In this document: in pieces, positions 50,043 to 60,599 of the stretch
Layout of the letters: every line of letters starts with the position of its first letter
Position numbering within the stretch: the first letter of the stretch is position 1
From: an uncultured Spirochaetales bacterium
Lineage (GTDB): Bacteria > Spirochaetota > Spirochaetia > JAFGXN01
DNA length: 64,000 nucleotides
Direction: 5' to 3'
Assembly (NCBI GenBank): GCA_949289575.1
Contig: CASEOG010000004.1
Span: 6,053 to 70,052, forward strand
Position numbers and translations under genes: made by a program
The notes under the pieces: generated by a model
The model's database searches: none
What the model saw: only the letters and a program-made list of their open reading frames with translations
What the model was told of the DNA's origin: nothing

Positions 50043-51366
50043 CAGCGGCTTTACCGATCAAAAAAAATCTTTTTTCGGCTTTGATTTTGTTCTCGCCGTT
50101 ATGGTTCTGGCGTTGTGTACCGTCGGAATTCTTTTTATTTATTCCAGCGGAATTAATTCCGACAATTTTCAGACATCGACCGAGTTCATCAAGCAAATTG
50201 TATTCTCCATTATCGGTATTGCGTGTGCGGTTTTGGTGTTATTTATAGACTACAGCCGTTTCCGCTTCCTTTCTGTTTATCTTTATATTTTATCTCTGGT
50301 GGTTTTGGTCTTTCTTCTGATTTTCAGTCCTTTGATCAACGGTTCACGGTCATGGATCGGCATCGGCGGGTTCGGTATTCAACCGTCCGAATTGGTAAAA
50401 ATTTCTTACATTTTGGTCTTTGCCCGTTTTATTGAAAATAAACAGAAAGAAATCGGAACACTAAAGGTTTTTGCGGAAGCCTTTCTGCTGATGCTTCTGC
50501 CGGCAGGACTCGTTTTGCTTCAGCCCGATTTGGGGACTGCTTCGGTTTATTTTGCTTTGTTTTTTATAATGTTCTACTTCGGCGGCGGGAACGCCCGTTA
50601 TATTGTTTTCTCTCTTCTTGTTGTGATTATGACATCTGTCATTACGGTTTTACCTCATTGGGAAGTTCTGATTGCGCAACGAAAAGTTCCTCTTCTGTTG
50701 CTGCTGACCGATCCTGTTTATTATTTTCCGTTTTTGTTTTTTTGGCTGTTTGTTTTTATTGTCTCTGCTGTCGGTTTTTTTGTTTACAAAAAATCTTTCT
50801 TTTACCGAATAGCGTATGTATCACTGATTGTTTTTATCTCACTGGTTCTGGGGAAAATCGGATCGGGGGTTCTTAAAGATTATCAGATTAAACGGCTGAT
50901 TGTCTTTCTCGATCCCAAGGTCGATCCGTACGGTTCCGGATACCACATACTTCAATCACTGACTGTAATCGGATCCGGCGGATTTTCGGGAAAGGGATTT
51001 ATGAACGGAACGCTGGGAAAATACGATTTTCTGCCGCAAAGAAGTACCGATTTCATTTTTTCTACAATTGCGGAAGAATGGGGGTTTGCCGGCTGTTTTT
51101 TTGTACTGGCTCTTTTCGGGGCCGTCATGATAAAGATTATTCTGGCGGCACGTGATTCAAAAGATATCTTCGGGAGAATGATTTGCATCGGTGTTTTTGC
51201 TTTGATTTTTTATCACATGGTGATTAATATCGGAATGACAGTCGGCGTTATGCCGATTACCGGAATTCCTCTGATTTTTATTTCTTACGGCGGCTCTTCA
51301 CTGATTTCTTCCCTGATCGGCATAGGTTTTGTCCTCAATATCCGCATGAGGAGGTTCGGTATTTGA
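50035..51366 (+). CDS. rodA: Rod shape-determining protein RodA (SEDS)
   Basis: IQPSELVK, QPDLGT, TDFIFS, PITGIPLIFISYGGSS. Confidence 0.95.
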   Translation: MNNSGFTDQKKSFFGFDFVLAVMVLALCTVGILFIYSSGINSDNFQTSTEFIKQIVFSIIGIACAVLVLFIDYSRFRFLSVYLYILSLVVLVFLLIFSPLINGSRSWIGIGGFGIQPSELVKISYILVFARFIENKQKEIGTLKVFAEAFLLMLLPAGLVLLQPDLGTASVYFALFFIMFYFGGGNARYIVFSLLVVIMTSVITVLPHWEVLIAQRKVPLLLLLTDPVYYFPFLFFWLFVFIVSAVGFFVYKKSFFYRIAYVSLIVFISLVLGKIGSGVLKDYQIKRLIVFLDPKVDPYGSGYHILQSLTVIGSGGFSGKGFMNGTLGKYDFLPQRSTDFIFSTIAEEWGFAGCFFVLALFGAVMIKIILAARDSKDIFGRMICIGVFALIFYHMVINIGMTVGVMPITGIPLIFISYGGSSLISSLIGIGFVLNIRMRRFGI

Positions 51367-53813
51367 ATCGGGATTTAAACGAAAAAATCAATTATCTTAT
51401 TGAAACCGGTGAATTTCTTAAAATCTCCAACCCGGTGCGTTACATGGGCGGCGAATTCGGCTGCGTCGACCCCGGTGAAAAACCGGATTCGGCCCTGAAG
51501 ACGGCGGTTTGTTTTCCCGATACCTATGAAATCGGAATGAGCAATATGGCCGTAAAAATTTTATATGAAATTCTGAACAGCGAACGGAATATACTTGCCG
51601 AGAGGGTTTTTCTTCCCGATCCCGATGCGGTCGCGTTTTTTGCCGAAAAAGAAATTCCTCTTTACTCTCTCGAGTCGAAAACACCTTTAAAAAATTTCGA
51701 TTTTCTTTTGATTACCGTCAGTTCGGAACTTCTGTATACAAATATTCTAAAAATACTCGAAATAAGCGGAATCCCCGCACGAAAAGAGGAGAGAACCGAA
51801 TCCGACCCGATTGTGATTATCGGCGGACCGGCTGTTACCAATCCGCTTCCTTTATCCCGCTTCGCCGATTTTGTCTGTATCGGTGAATTCGAGGCCTGTT
51901 TCCAACCCTATACTACGGTTGCCGGGAATCCGCAACTCAGCCGGGCCGAACGTTTATCGGTATTCGACCGATCGGTTCATTACTGGCGGCCCGGAAAGAA
52001 GGCCGTTCGGGCCGTTACTCCTTCTTTGTCCCGTCGTCCGAACCGTTTTTATCCCGTTCCCTCGGTCCGACTCTCGCAGGATCACGGCAGCGTCGAAATC
52101 ATGAGAGGCTGCCCGAACGGTTGCCGTTTTTGTCTTGCCGGGATTTATTACCGTCCGTTTCGGGAAAAGGCGCTTGCGGATGTGATCTCCGAGATCGATC
52201 ATCTTGTTTTCGGACTCGGTTACAGAGAAATTTCGTTGGCATCATTATCTTCCGGTGATTATTCGCAAATCGGAACTCTGATGAAAATCCTGGCAGAGCG
52301 GTATAAAGAAGAGCAGGTCTCTTTTTCGCTGCCTTCAATTAAAGTCAACTCTTTTACGCTTGATTTGCTGGAACCGCTTTCCGGAGTCAAAAAAAGCGGT
52401 CTGACTTTGGCCGTCGAAACCCCCGGAGAAGAAGGGCAGACTTCCGTCAATAAAAATGTTTCCCGGGAGAAATTATTTTCGATTATCGATGCCGCAAAGT
52501 CCCGCGGTTGGAAACTGATTAAACTTTATTTTATGATCGGTTTACCTTATTATATCGATGATCCGAAAAAAGAAAAAGAGATGATTATCGGACTCATCAG
52601 GGATGTTGCCTCTTATTCCGGTATGGCCATCAATGTCAACATCGGAACATTTATTCCGAAGCCGCATACCCCTTTTCAGTATTCCCCGCAATTGCCGTAT
52701 GAAAAAGCTAAAGAAATTTTAAAAGAGATAAAATTCGAATTTGCGGCAGAGAGAAAAATAAAAATTAACTATCACGATCCTTTTATTTCCTATGTCGAAA
52801 GTATTCTTTCAAAAGGCGATGACTCATGCTGTGATATTTTGGAAAAAGCCTATCGATACGGCGCGCAAATGGATGCCTGGAGTGAATATTTCAACAGAGA
52901 AGCATGGGAAAGGGCTTTTTCCGAACACCATCCCGATATTCACAGAATTCTGTCTGTCAACAGAGACTCTTATCCGTGGCAGGAGATTTCTCTTTCTGTT
53001 TCCGATTCCTTTTACAAAGAGGAATTTCGGAAATCTAAAATCCCCGAATTGACATCTCCCTGTTCCGAAACGTGCGATCATCCGTGCGGCAGCTGCAACA
53101 GAGCGGCAAAAATTTCCAGAACGAACGTTTGTTCGATGAATTTTATCCCTCCCAAACCGGATTCTGCTCCTGTTTCCGATCGGGCCCGTTGGTTTATTCT
53201 CCGTTTTTCGCGTCACGGAATGTCGACTTATATTTCCCAAAAAAATATGATTCCTTTGATGGAAAGAATTTTCTTTCGTGCCGGGTGGAAACTTCAGTTT
53301 ACGGAAGGGTTTAACCGGAAACCCAAAATGGAATTTGCCAATCCGCTTCCGATCGGTTATGCTTCCGATTCGGATTATATGCGCATCAGACTTTACAACA
53401 CGGAGTCGCCGGATTTACTTCTGCGTCGCATTTCGGATGTTTCGGAACCTTCCGTCAGGTTTCTCCTTCTCGATCCTGTCGAAATACCGGAGCAGACACA
53501 TCTTCCTTCTCTGATGAGTCTTTATTCATCTTCGGAGTTTCTGATTTCCGCATTGCCGGATTCGGGTTCTCTTTTTAAGAAACATTCGGATGCTGTCAGA
53601 AGTGAAGCTGCCGGAAATGATTTATTGTCGGTTCTTGACTCCGGGGCGGATTATCTCCGTTTCAATATAAAAAATCTTCCTTTAAAGAAAGTTCTTCCGT
53701 TTTTGGATTCTTCATCCGGTCTCGGGATCACTCGTACCGAAACCTTCTTTTTTCATCCTGTTCTGAAAAAGGAGCTTCCTTTCTCTTTTTATTCTTCCTA
53801 CTTCAAATTCTGA
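51363..53813 (+). CDS. TIGR03960-like B12-binding radical SAM protein fused to a TIGR03936/DUF2344-like domain
   Basis: FPDTYEIGMSN, RGCPNGCRFC, FIPKPHTPFQ, MDAWSE; C-terminal FTEGFNRKPKMEFANPLPIG. Confidence 0.85.
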   Translation: MNRDLNEKINYLIETGEFLKISNPVRYMGGEFGCVDPGEKPDSALKTAVCFPDTYEIGMSNMAVKILYEILNSERNILAERVFLPDPDAVAFFAEKEIPLYSLESKTPLKNFDFLLITVSSELLYTNILKILEISGIPARKEERTESDPIVIIGGPAVTNPLPLSRFADFVCIGEFEACFQPYTTVAGNPQLSRAERLSVFDRSVHYWRPGKKAVRAVTPSLSRRPNRFYPVPSVRLSQDHGSVEIMRGCPNGCRFCLAGIYYRPFREKALADVISEIDHLVFGLGYREISLASLSSGDYSQIGTLMKILAERYKEEQVSFSLPSIKVNSFTLDLLEPLSGVKKSGLTLAVETPGEEGQTSVNKNVSREKLFSIIDAAKSRGWKLIKLYFMIGLPYYIDDPKKEKEMIIGLIRDVASYSGMAINVNIGTFIPKPHTPFQYSPQLPYEKAKEILKEIKFEFAAERKIKINYHDPFISYVESILSKGDDSCCDILEKAYRYGAQMDAWSEYFNREAWERAFSEHHPDIHRILSVNRDSYPWQEISLSVSDSFYKEEFRKSKIPELTSPCSETCDHPCGSCNRAAKISRTNVCSMNFIPPKPDSAPVSDRARWFILRFSRHGMSTYISQKNMIPLMERIFFRAGWKLQFTEGFNRKPKMEFANPLPIGYASDSDYMRIRLYNTESPDLLLRRISDVSEPSVRFLLLDPVEIPEQTHLPSLMSLYSSSEFLISALPDSGSLFKKHSDAVRSEAAGNDLLSVLDSGADYLRFNIKNLPLKKVLPFLDSSSGLGITRTETFFFHPVLKKELPFSFYSSYFKF

Positions 53814-53842
53814 AAAAAGCCGTCATTTTATGACGGCTTTTT
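53814..53842. terminator. Bidirectional intrinsic terminator
   Basis: AAAAAGCCGTCA-TTTTA-TGACGGCTTTTT between convergent genes. Confidence 0.88.
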
Positions 53843-53858
53843 AACGGAGGGAATCCTC

Positions 53859-56558
53859 TCAGTCTATATCTTCGTAAGCCTCGATTCCCTTTACTTTGTA
53901 ACTGTAAGGAATTTCGTTGATTTCGAATACGAGCTTTTCTCCTGTTTTGGCGCCTATCAGGTTCTTTCCGAAAGGAGAGAGATAAGAAATAATATTTTCA
54001 TTCGGATCGGATTCCCACGGTCCGAGAATAGTGTAGTGTTCTTCTTTTCCGCTGGCAGTGTTCAACAGTGTTACCTTTGTTCCGAATCCGACTTGAGACG
54101 TATTAATCTCTTCTTTCTCGAAAACATGTGCTTTCTCAAGATCTTCCTGTAACTTGGAAGCGGTTGCATTCAGGATAGTCTGTTTTTCTTTTGCCGCTTT
54201 GTATTCGGCATTTTCTTTCAGGTCTCCCAGTTCCAACGCTTCTCCGATTTCTTTCGAGTTATTCGGAATTTCCACATCAATAATGTATTTGAGTTCACGT
54301 GATTTGGCCTGATGCGAACGTCTGAGAACAAGCAGTGTGCGTGAAATAATATCCCGCGCCGAAAGTGTTTTGCTTTGTTCGTCGCCGAATTTAAATTCGG
54401 GATGCGAGTCGGCAATCATTTTCCGGACTTCATGTTTCAGACTCAGCGAAAGACCTTTGATTTCGCTGACGATGGAATAAATCTTCGACAGCTTGTCGGA
54501 AGAGGCATGGGCGACCATTTCTTTCAGTCTTTCTTCTTTGAAAAGAATTGTCTCGATCTGCTGGGCCAGTTTTCGGTTTTCGCTGACGTTATACCGGTTG
54601 TCCATTTCTTTGTAGAGTGTTGACAGAAGCTGGACGGCATTGATGATGAAAGTTTCCTCGGTCACCCGGCAGAAATCCCGGTAGTCGGATGCATTCTTAA
54701 TCAGCCATATAAACGCCATTCGATCTTCTCTGAAATTGGAAGCAATTTCGGAAAACATTTCCGCAATCAGATCCGTTTGATTCTGATTCGTTAAATCATC
54801 GAGAATTGTCTTGTTGAGGCATTTCGGGAAAAGACGTGTGTAAATGACAGGCCAATCCGGAAATTCTTTAACAAAACGGATAAAACTTTTTCTGATTTCA
54901 GCGTCTTCGATTTTCTCGAAGATGGCAACCAGCTGGTTTTTGTCTTTCAGAATATCTTTAAAGTGACTGTGAAGTCCGGGGTTCAGATACGGATATTCTT
55001 TGACAATTTCACGAACAAGAACGTAGGCCGATATATTGATATCTGTCGGCTGGGACATTTCTTTCAGATAGGAAGTGAAATAGGTATAAATATCATTGAA
55101 ATAGTCGGAGTCGGGTTCGCATTCTTTGAGGAATTCTCTCATGACCTTTACGCGGGAATAAAATTTTGTATTGGCTTTGAAATTATTGTAGAGTTTTTCT
55201 TCCACGGTAATCGGTGTTTCGCGTACGGTAAAAACATCCGTCTGGTCCGGAAGATTGCCGAAGTCGGGATCTTTGTCGAGAATATTTTTGGCCTCTTTGC
55301 TCCAGGTATTCCATTCGGCAGGGGTCAGAATCGAAGGTACCAGTTCGGCTTTGATCTGTTTGAGTGAGGCCGAATTGTCGAAACTGGTGATAATGGTTCT
55401 GACAGCCCAGCGGGGGTCCGATTTGACGCGGTCATGAAGACGTTTTTTATCGATAACGCTTTTGAGAACCCAAATATGGTTTTTCGGCAGGCAGATAAGA
55501 GCCGTAACAGCCATATCGAGAGACATCGGATGATTGCGTTTTGTGACAAAATCGATATTCAATGTTTCGTTGTCGATGTTGCGGATAACGCCGATTCCCC
55601 AGGTGCGGTGATAGACAAAAGCACCGGAGTCAAACGAGATATGTTTTTCGAAATCCAGAATTGCTTCGTGAATATTACGCCACTCTTTGTTTAATTCCGA
55701 TTTCTCGATATAACTCTCGACTTTCGAATGATTGGCATATTTTCGCTTATAACATTCAACCAGCTGTTTTCTGACATCCGAGTCTTTCGGGTTGTAATCC
55801 ACGATTTTTTTCAGTACGGTAATGCAGAGGTCCCATTTTTCCGACTCCCGTGCCGCATTGTAAAGGTCGAGAAGGAGTTGGGATGCTTTTTCGGTATCGA
55901 AAGAAACCGCTACCTTTTTTTCCGTGTTCAGGAAAAAATTCAGGTCGTCGAAATCGAGCGAAAGCAGACGGGTCCATAATTCTTTGACGTGATTGAATGC
56001 TTTTTTGTTGATATAGCGGTAGACAGCTTTTTTGTAATAATCGACGGCTTCTTCCGTTTTGCCTTCTTCTTTTTTCCTGTCGGCAATATTTTTGACAATA
56101 TCGGCTTCGTCGTAATCGATTTTAATAAGACGTTCCCATACCTCGTATTTTTTTTCCTCGTTGTTCGATTGGGCGTAACATAACGAAAGGGTCCGCAGTG
56201 CCAGTTTCTGCTCGCCGAAAGAGAGCATTTTTTCGCAAATTCCCTCGACAATCTGAAATTTATGGTTGTCGGTAAAAATTTCAATCAGTTTTGTGATAAC
56301 GGAATCATCAATCAATTGAAAATAGAGCGATAAAATGCCGGTGATATACATGGCAATAATGCTGTTCTGCGTATGAGCAATGTGTTCATCGCAAAGCGTT
56401 TTCAGCTGCATGGCATAATCGTTGGCAATCGCATCGTCAATAATGGCGTCGAGTTCTTTAAAGTAGGTCATTGTATAACTGTTCAGGGCAGCCCGTGTCC
56501 ATTTTTCTTCGTCCAACTGTCTGGTGATCTGATTCAGTTTTGCCTCAATGTCATTCAT
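53859..56558 (-). CDS. greA: Large GreA (long helical N-terminal extension, C-terminal GreA domain)
   Basis: C-terminal GDLKENAEYKAAKEKQ, VGFGTKV, ISYLSPFGKNL; 899 aa. Confidence 0.9.
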   Translation of the reverse strand: MNDIEAKLNQITRQLDEEKWTRAALNSYTMTYFKELDAIIDDAIANDYAMQLKTLCDEHIAHTQNSIIAMYITGILSLYFQLIDDSVITKLIEIFTDNHKFQIVEGICEKMLSFGEQKLALRTLSLCYAQSNNEEKKYEVWERLIKIDYDEADIVKNIADRKKEEGKTEEAVDYYKKAVYRYINKKAFNHVKELWTRLLSLDFDDLNFFLNTEKKVAVSFDTEKASQLLLDLYNAARESEKWDLCITVLKKIVDYNPKDSDVRKQLVECYKRKYANHSKVESYIEKSELNKEWRNIHEAILDFEKHISFDSGAFVYHRTWGIGVIRNIDNETLNIDFVTKRNHPMSLDMAVTALICLPKNHIWVLKSVIDKKRLHDRVKSDPRWAVRTIITSFDNSASLKQIKAELVPSILTPAEWNTWSKEAKNILDKDPDFGNLPDQTDVFTVRETPITVEEKLYNNFKANTKFYSRVKVMREFLKECEPDSDYFNDIYTYFTSYLKEMSQPTDINISAYVLVREIVKEYPYLNPGLHSHFKDILKDKNQLVAIFEKIEDAEIRKSFIRFVKEFPDWPVIYTRLFPKCLNKTILDDLTNQNQTDLIAEMFSEIASNFREDRMAFIWLIKNASDYRDFCRVTEETFIINAVQLLSTLYKEMDNRYNVSENRKLAQQIETILFKEERLKEMVAHASSDKLSKIYSIVSEIKGLSLSLKHEVRKMIADSHPEFKFGDEQSKTLSARDIISRTLLVLRRSHQAKSRELKYIIDVEIPNNSKEIGEALELGDLKENAEYKAAKEKQTILNATASKLQEDLEKAHVFEKEEINTSQVGFGTKVTLLNTASGKEEHYTILGPWESDPNENIISYLSPFGKNLIGAKTGEKLVFEINEIPYSYKVKGIEAYEDID

Positions 56559-56573
56559 TCTTTTTTCTCCCTG

Positions 56574-57518
56574 TTATTTTATCAGCTCGTCGTAAACGGC
56601 TCCGTCTAGAGCTTTTATTTTGTTTAAGAGAATCCCGATTTCGTAGTGATTGCCTTCCGAATGAGGTGCCGCATGCAAATGGAAAATCAGGCGGCAGTAT
56701 GCGTAAATCAATCGGGGAAGGACAAGTCCTTCCGGTTCTTCATCCTCCAGAAGCCGAATCCTCTGTTTTAAATCCCTTAATTCGTTTGAGAGAAGCTCCC
56801 TTCGAATGTTGAATATTTTAAAAGCGGTTGCATAAACCGGAATCCATTCCGGCAACTCTTCTTTTTTTATATTGTACTCATTTGTCAGTAAATCTGCAAG
56901 TCTTTTTATATAAATCGTTTCAATAAAATTCAAATTAATTTTTTGCGGATTATAATAAAAGGCTTCCGAAAAAAAGACCTTGCCTTTCATTCCGTCGCCC
57001 TGAAGAGAGCAGCAGTCGGCCAGTTCGGCCAGTATTTCGGAGTTGTGCTTATCGGTCATATACGCTTTTTTCAAAATATCGAGAGATTTTGTAAAGTCTC
57101 CCAGAAATTTGTAACAGCGGCCGATGAGAAGAAAAAAACTGTCTTCGGGAGCACAGGCCGGATCTTCGTGTCTTGCCTGAAGAAGAAAAAAAAGAGCATC
57201 GGAGAAAATCTTCTGACGAATTAATCGGATACCCCGTTCGAACAAAGGAAATTGCGAGGAAAAATGACCGGAGAAGGATCCCCAAAAATCGATTAATTTT
57301 TGAGCCTGCTGATATTTGCCGCGAATCTCCGTAACTTCGTCGCAGGCGTTTTTCCAGAAACGGACACATTTAACGGCAGTCAGAAACGATTCCGAATGAT
57401 AAGCATGCCGCATATGGGTTTCGCAAAACTCTTCCGCTTCCGCCCAGTTTCCGTTCTTCAGATAACCGTAAATACCGTCCCAGTCTGAATCGAGATTGAA
57501 TTTCGTCTCAATTTCCAT
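56574..57518 (-). CDS. TPR-like hypothetical protein
   Basis: Helical repeats (IGRCYKFLG, LAELADC, FSEAFYYNP); co-oriented with greA. Confidence 0.7.
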   Translation of the reverse strand: MEIETKFNLDSDWDGIYGYLKNGNWAEAEEFCETHMRHAYHSESFLTAVKCVRFWKNACDEVTEIRGKYQQAQKLIDFWGSFSGHFSSQFPLFERGIRLIRQKIFSDALFFLLQARHEDPACAPEDSFFLLIGRCYKFLGDFTKSLDILKKAYMTDKHNSEILAELADCCSLQGDGMKGKVFFSEAFYYNPQKINLNFIETIYIKRLADLLTNEYNIKKEELPEWIPVYATAFKIFNIRRELLSNELRDLKQRIRLLEDEEPEGLVLPRLIYAYCRLIFHLHAAPHSEGNHYEIGILLNKIKALDGAVYDELIK

Positions 57519-57525
57519 GTGAGAT

Positions 57526-57603
57526 ATTCTACATCATTTTTTCCGAATAGGCAATAATTCTTCTTTTTTATTTGCTGACATTTTCAATGATTAATGTTAT
57601 ATT
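57526..57603. promoter_or_regulatory. Divergent sigma70-like promoters, both predicted leaderless
   Basis: Minus strand: TTGCCT-17-TAGAAT-7 nt-ATG(57518). Plus strand: CTGACA-17-(TG-n)TATATT-6 nt-ATG(57610). No SD. Confidence 0.65.
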
Positions 57604-57609
57604 CGGATT

Positions 57610-58260
57610 ATGGGGCTTTTTACAACCGTATCGATTCTTTCTTCCGATTTTTCCGCAATCGGCGACACTTTACGGGAAGCGGCGGACGCCGGCGCTTCCA
57701 TGATTCATTGGGATGTGATGGACGGTCATTTTGTTCCCAATCTGACATTCGGCCCGAAGCTGATTGACGATTTTCGGAAAAAATCATCTCTTCCGTTTGA
57801 TACTCATTTAATGATTACCTCTCCGGGTGATTATCTGGACCGCTTTCTGAAAAGCAGCGATTATCTGACTTTTCATGTAGAGTCTGTTGATAAACCGGGA
57901 TATCTGATATCCCGCATACGGGAGGCCGGTAAAGGAGCGGGATTATCGATTAAACCCCAAACGCCGCTGCCGCTTCTGACCCCCTATATTTCCGACCTTG
58001 CATCGGTACTGCTGATGGGGGTCGAACCCGGATTCGGCGGTCAGACAATCTCGGATGCCGTTTACGACCGCCTCGCTCTGTTGGTACGGATGCGCCGGGA
58101 GGCCGGTGCTGCTTTTAAAATTGTTGTCGACGGCGGTGTCCATGCCGAAAATGCCGCCATACTGCGCCGTGCCGGCGCCGACGGCGTGGTGCTCGGTTCG
58201 GCGTTTATAGCGGCCGAAAACAAGAAGAAATTTATAGAGGCGGTTTCTGCGGATAAATGA
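57610..58260 (+). CDS. rpe: Ribulose-phosphate 3-epimerase
   Basis: HWDVMDGHFVPNLTFG, DTHLM, MGVEPGFGGQ, VDGG. Confidence 0.95.
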   Translation: MGLFTTVSILSSDFSAIGDTLREAADAGASMIHWDVMDGHFVPNLTFGPKLIDDFRKKSSLPFDTHLMITSPGDYLDRFLKSSDYLTFHVESVDKPGYLISRIREAGKGAGLSIKPQTPLPLLTPYISDLASVLLMGVEPGFGGQTISDAVYDRLALLVRMRREAGAAFKIVVDGGVHAENAAILRRAGADGVVLGSAFIAAENKKKFIEAVSADK

Positions 58261-59411
58261 AAAACGTCATCAACGGAAAGCTGTTGGATAAAGCTGTATC
58301 TCTCTTTAAGAAACGGCGGTATGCCGATGTCGTCGATTTACTGACTCCGCATCTGCTTTCTTACGGAGACAGCTATCTCTATTTCAAACTGATGACAATT
58401 TCTTCTCTGATGATTCTTGACTGGAGCGGGGCAGCCGCTTATCTGAAAACGGCTGTCAGACTGGAACGGTATCGGGATCCCGATTTGCAGATTGTTCGTG
58501 CCGTTATTTTGATGAAAACAGGAGAAACAGCCGAGTCCTACCGGATTTTGTTTGAACTGGAACGGAACGGAAAGTGGGGACATCTGACAAAAGAATTGCT
58601 GGAAGCATCGCGGCATACGGAAAACAGACAGGCACTGACGGAAGTTCTCGAGACTCTGATAAAAATGCGGCTCGGGAAAATCCGCCCCGATGCCGTTTCC
58701 GAAATCCCGGGCCGGCGTGAGCAGACGTTTTATACAAGCCGTGCGATGCGCGTTCATCCTGCGGCGGTCGCCGTGGTTTTCGGTGTCTGTGCGTTTCTGT
58801 CATTGACCGGTATCGGAATCTATTTCGGGGTTTCCGCACGGCAAAACAGGGAACCGGTCCGCACCGAAGGAGATTCGATCCGACTGACAAGAGAAGATCA
58901 GCTGGCGGTATACGATATCCGGACCCGTTATTTTCTGACCGACAAAGAGATCGAGCGATCCTTTTCGCGCCTGAGAAGTTATTACCGGAACGGCGACGAT
59001 AACATGGCGCAAAGAGAAATAAATCGCATTAAAGAATCGAATGCGGCAATCGATGTCAAAGATAAAGCCTCCGCATTCGAGCGTCTTCTTTCCGAAAAAC
59101 GGGCCGAAAAAACAAAAACTTTTTTTACCTACGATGAGGTCAGCCGCGATCCTTTTCTTTATCATAAAACGCTTGTCGTTTGGAGAGGCTCACCGGCCAA
59201 TTTACGGGTGACCGACTCATCGATTACATTCGATTTTTTGGTCGGCTATGAAAACAAGAAATTCCTTGAGGGAACGGTTCCGGTGTATGTCGATTATGCG
59301 GTGAAGCTTTACGAAGGGGAAGCGTACGAAATTGAGGGTGAAATTCTTGCTGTCGACGACAACAGTTTCCGTCTTCACGCATTTTCCGTCAGAAGGATAC
59401 AAATTAATTGA
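58257..59411 (+). CDS. Hypothetical single-pass membrane protein (TPR-like N-terminus)
   Basis: Helical N-domain, central TM (VAVVFGVCAFLSLTGIGIYFG), beta-rich C-domain. Confidence 0.65.
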   Translation: MKNVINGKLLDKAVSLFKKRRYADVVDLLTPHLLSYGDSYLYFKLMTISSLMILDWSGAAAYLKTAVRLERYRDPDLQIVRAVILMKTGETAESYRILFELERNGKWGHLTKELLEASRHTENRQALTEVLETLIKMRLGKIRPDAVSEIPGRREQTFYTSRAMRVHPAAVAVVFGVCAFLSLTGIGIYFGVSARQNREPVRTEGDSIRLTREDQLAVYDIRTRYFLTDKEIERSFSRLRSYYRNGDDNMAQREINRIKESNAAIDVKDKASAFERLLSEKRAEKTKTFFTYDEVSRDPFLYHKTLVVWRGSPANLRVTDSSITFDFLVGYENKKFLEGTVPVYVDYAVKLYEGEAYEIEGEILAVDDNSFRLHAFSVRRIQIN

Positions 59412-59468
59412 CAAAACGGCACTTTTCCGCCATTAATAAATTCGAATATAAACAAAAAAGGAGATAAT

Positions 59469-60599
59469 ATGGCTGCAACAAAGAAAACATTTATGAGCTC
59501 GGCTGATTTCGAATCGTCCGATGATAAACTGAAAGCGCTTGAAGCCGCCAAACTTCAGATTGAGAAACAGTTCGGAAAAGGATCTCTGATGAAACTGGGG
59601 GAAAAACAGAGCATGAATGTCGAAGTGATTCCTTCCGGGTCGATCTTGATTGATGCAGCATTGGGTGTCGGCGGTTATCCGAAAGGAAGAATTATCGAGA
59701 TATTCGGACCCGAATCATCGGGAAAGACAACACTTGCTCTTCATGCAATAGCCGAGGCTCAGAAAAAAGGAGGGATTGCCGCTTTCGTCGATGCCGAGCA
59801 TGCCCTCGATCCGGTCTATGCACGGAATTTGGGTGTCAATACGGACGAACTCTGGGTTTCCCAACCGGATACGGGAGAACAGGCTCTCGAAATTACCGAG
59901 TCGCTAGTCCGGTCGGGCGCTGTCGATATTATTGTCGTAGACTCTGTTGCCGCATTGACACCTCAGGCCGAGATAGAAGGGGATATGGGAGATTCTCATA
60001 TGGGACTTCAGGCCCGCCTGATGAGTCAGGCCCTCAGAAAACTGACGGGCATTATCGGAAAATCGGGAACAACACTGATTTTTATTAATCAAATCAGGAT
60101 GAAAATCGGGGTGATGTTCGGTAACCCGGAAACGACAACAGGCGGTAATGCTTTAAAATTTTATGCATCGGTACGTCTCGATGTCCGAAAAATCGAAACC
60201 ATAGCAAAAGGAGACGATGACCCGGTCGGGAACAGAGTTCGTGTTAAAGTTGTCAAAAACAAGGTGGCCCCGCCGTTCAGACGTGCGGAACTGGAAATGG
60301 AATTCGGTAAAGGAATTTCCGCCGAAGGCAGTCTTTTGGATGTCGGAGTCAAATACGATATCATCGAAAAAAGCGGCAGCTGGTATTCCTATAACGGCGA
60401 CCGTTTGGGACAGGGACGTGATAATATCAAAGAGTTTTTAAAATCGAATCCCGCAGTTGCCGCCGAAATCGAAGAAAAAGTCAGGAAAATTCTTTTTTCT
60501 CCGGAATCGGCCGCATCTTCGGATGAAAATCCCGTTCCCGAACAGTCATCCGTAAAACTTTCCGGCACAACCGTAAAAAAAGGCGGACTTGAAGAATAA
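59469..60599 (+). CDS. recA: Recombinase A
   Basis: [38 protein letters not shown]. Confidence 0.98.
   Translation: MAATKKTFMSSADFESSDDKLKALEAAKLQIEKQFGKGSLMKLGEKQSMNVEVIPSGSILIDAALGVGGYPKGRIIEIFGPESSGKTTLALHAIAEAQKKGGIAAFVDAEHALDPVYARNLGVNTDELWVSQPDTGEQALEITESLVRSGAVDIIVVDSVAALTPQAEIEGDMGDSHMGLQARLMSQALRKLTGIIGKSGTTLIFINQIRMKIGVMFGNPETTTGGNALKFYASVRLDVRKIETIAKGDDDPVGNRVRVKVVKNKVAPPFRRAELEMEFGKGISAEGSLLDVGVKYDIIEKSGSWYSYNGDRLGQGRDNIKEFLKSNPAVAAEIEEKVRKILFSPESAASSDENPVPEQSSVKLSGTTVKKGGLEE

Noticed and set aside
59408..59468. SOS/LexA box upstream of recA
   Set aside because: TTGACA is present but I see no convincing CTGT-N8-ACAG or GAAC-N4-GTTC palindrome.
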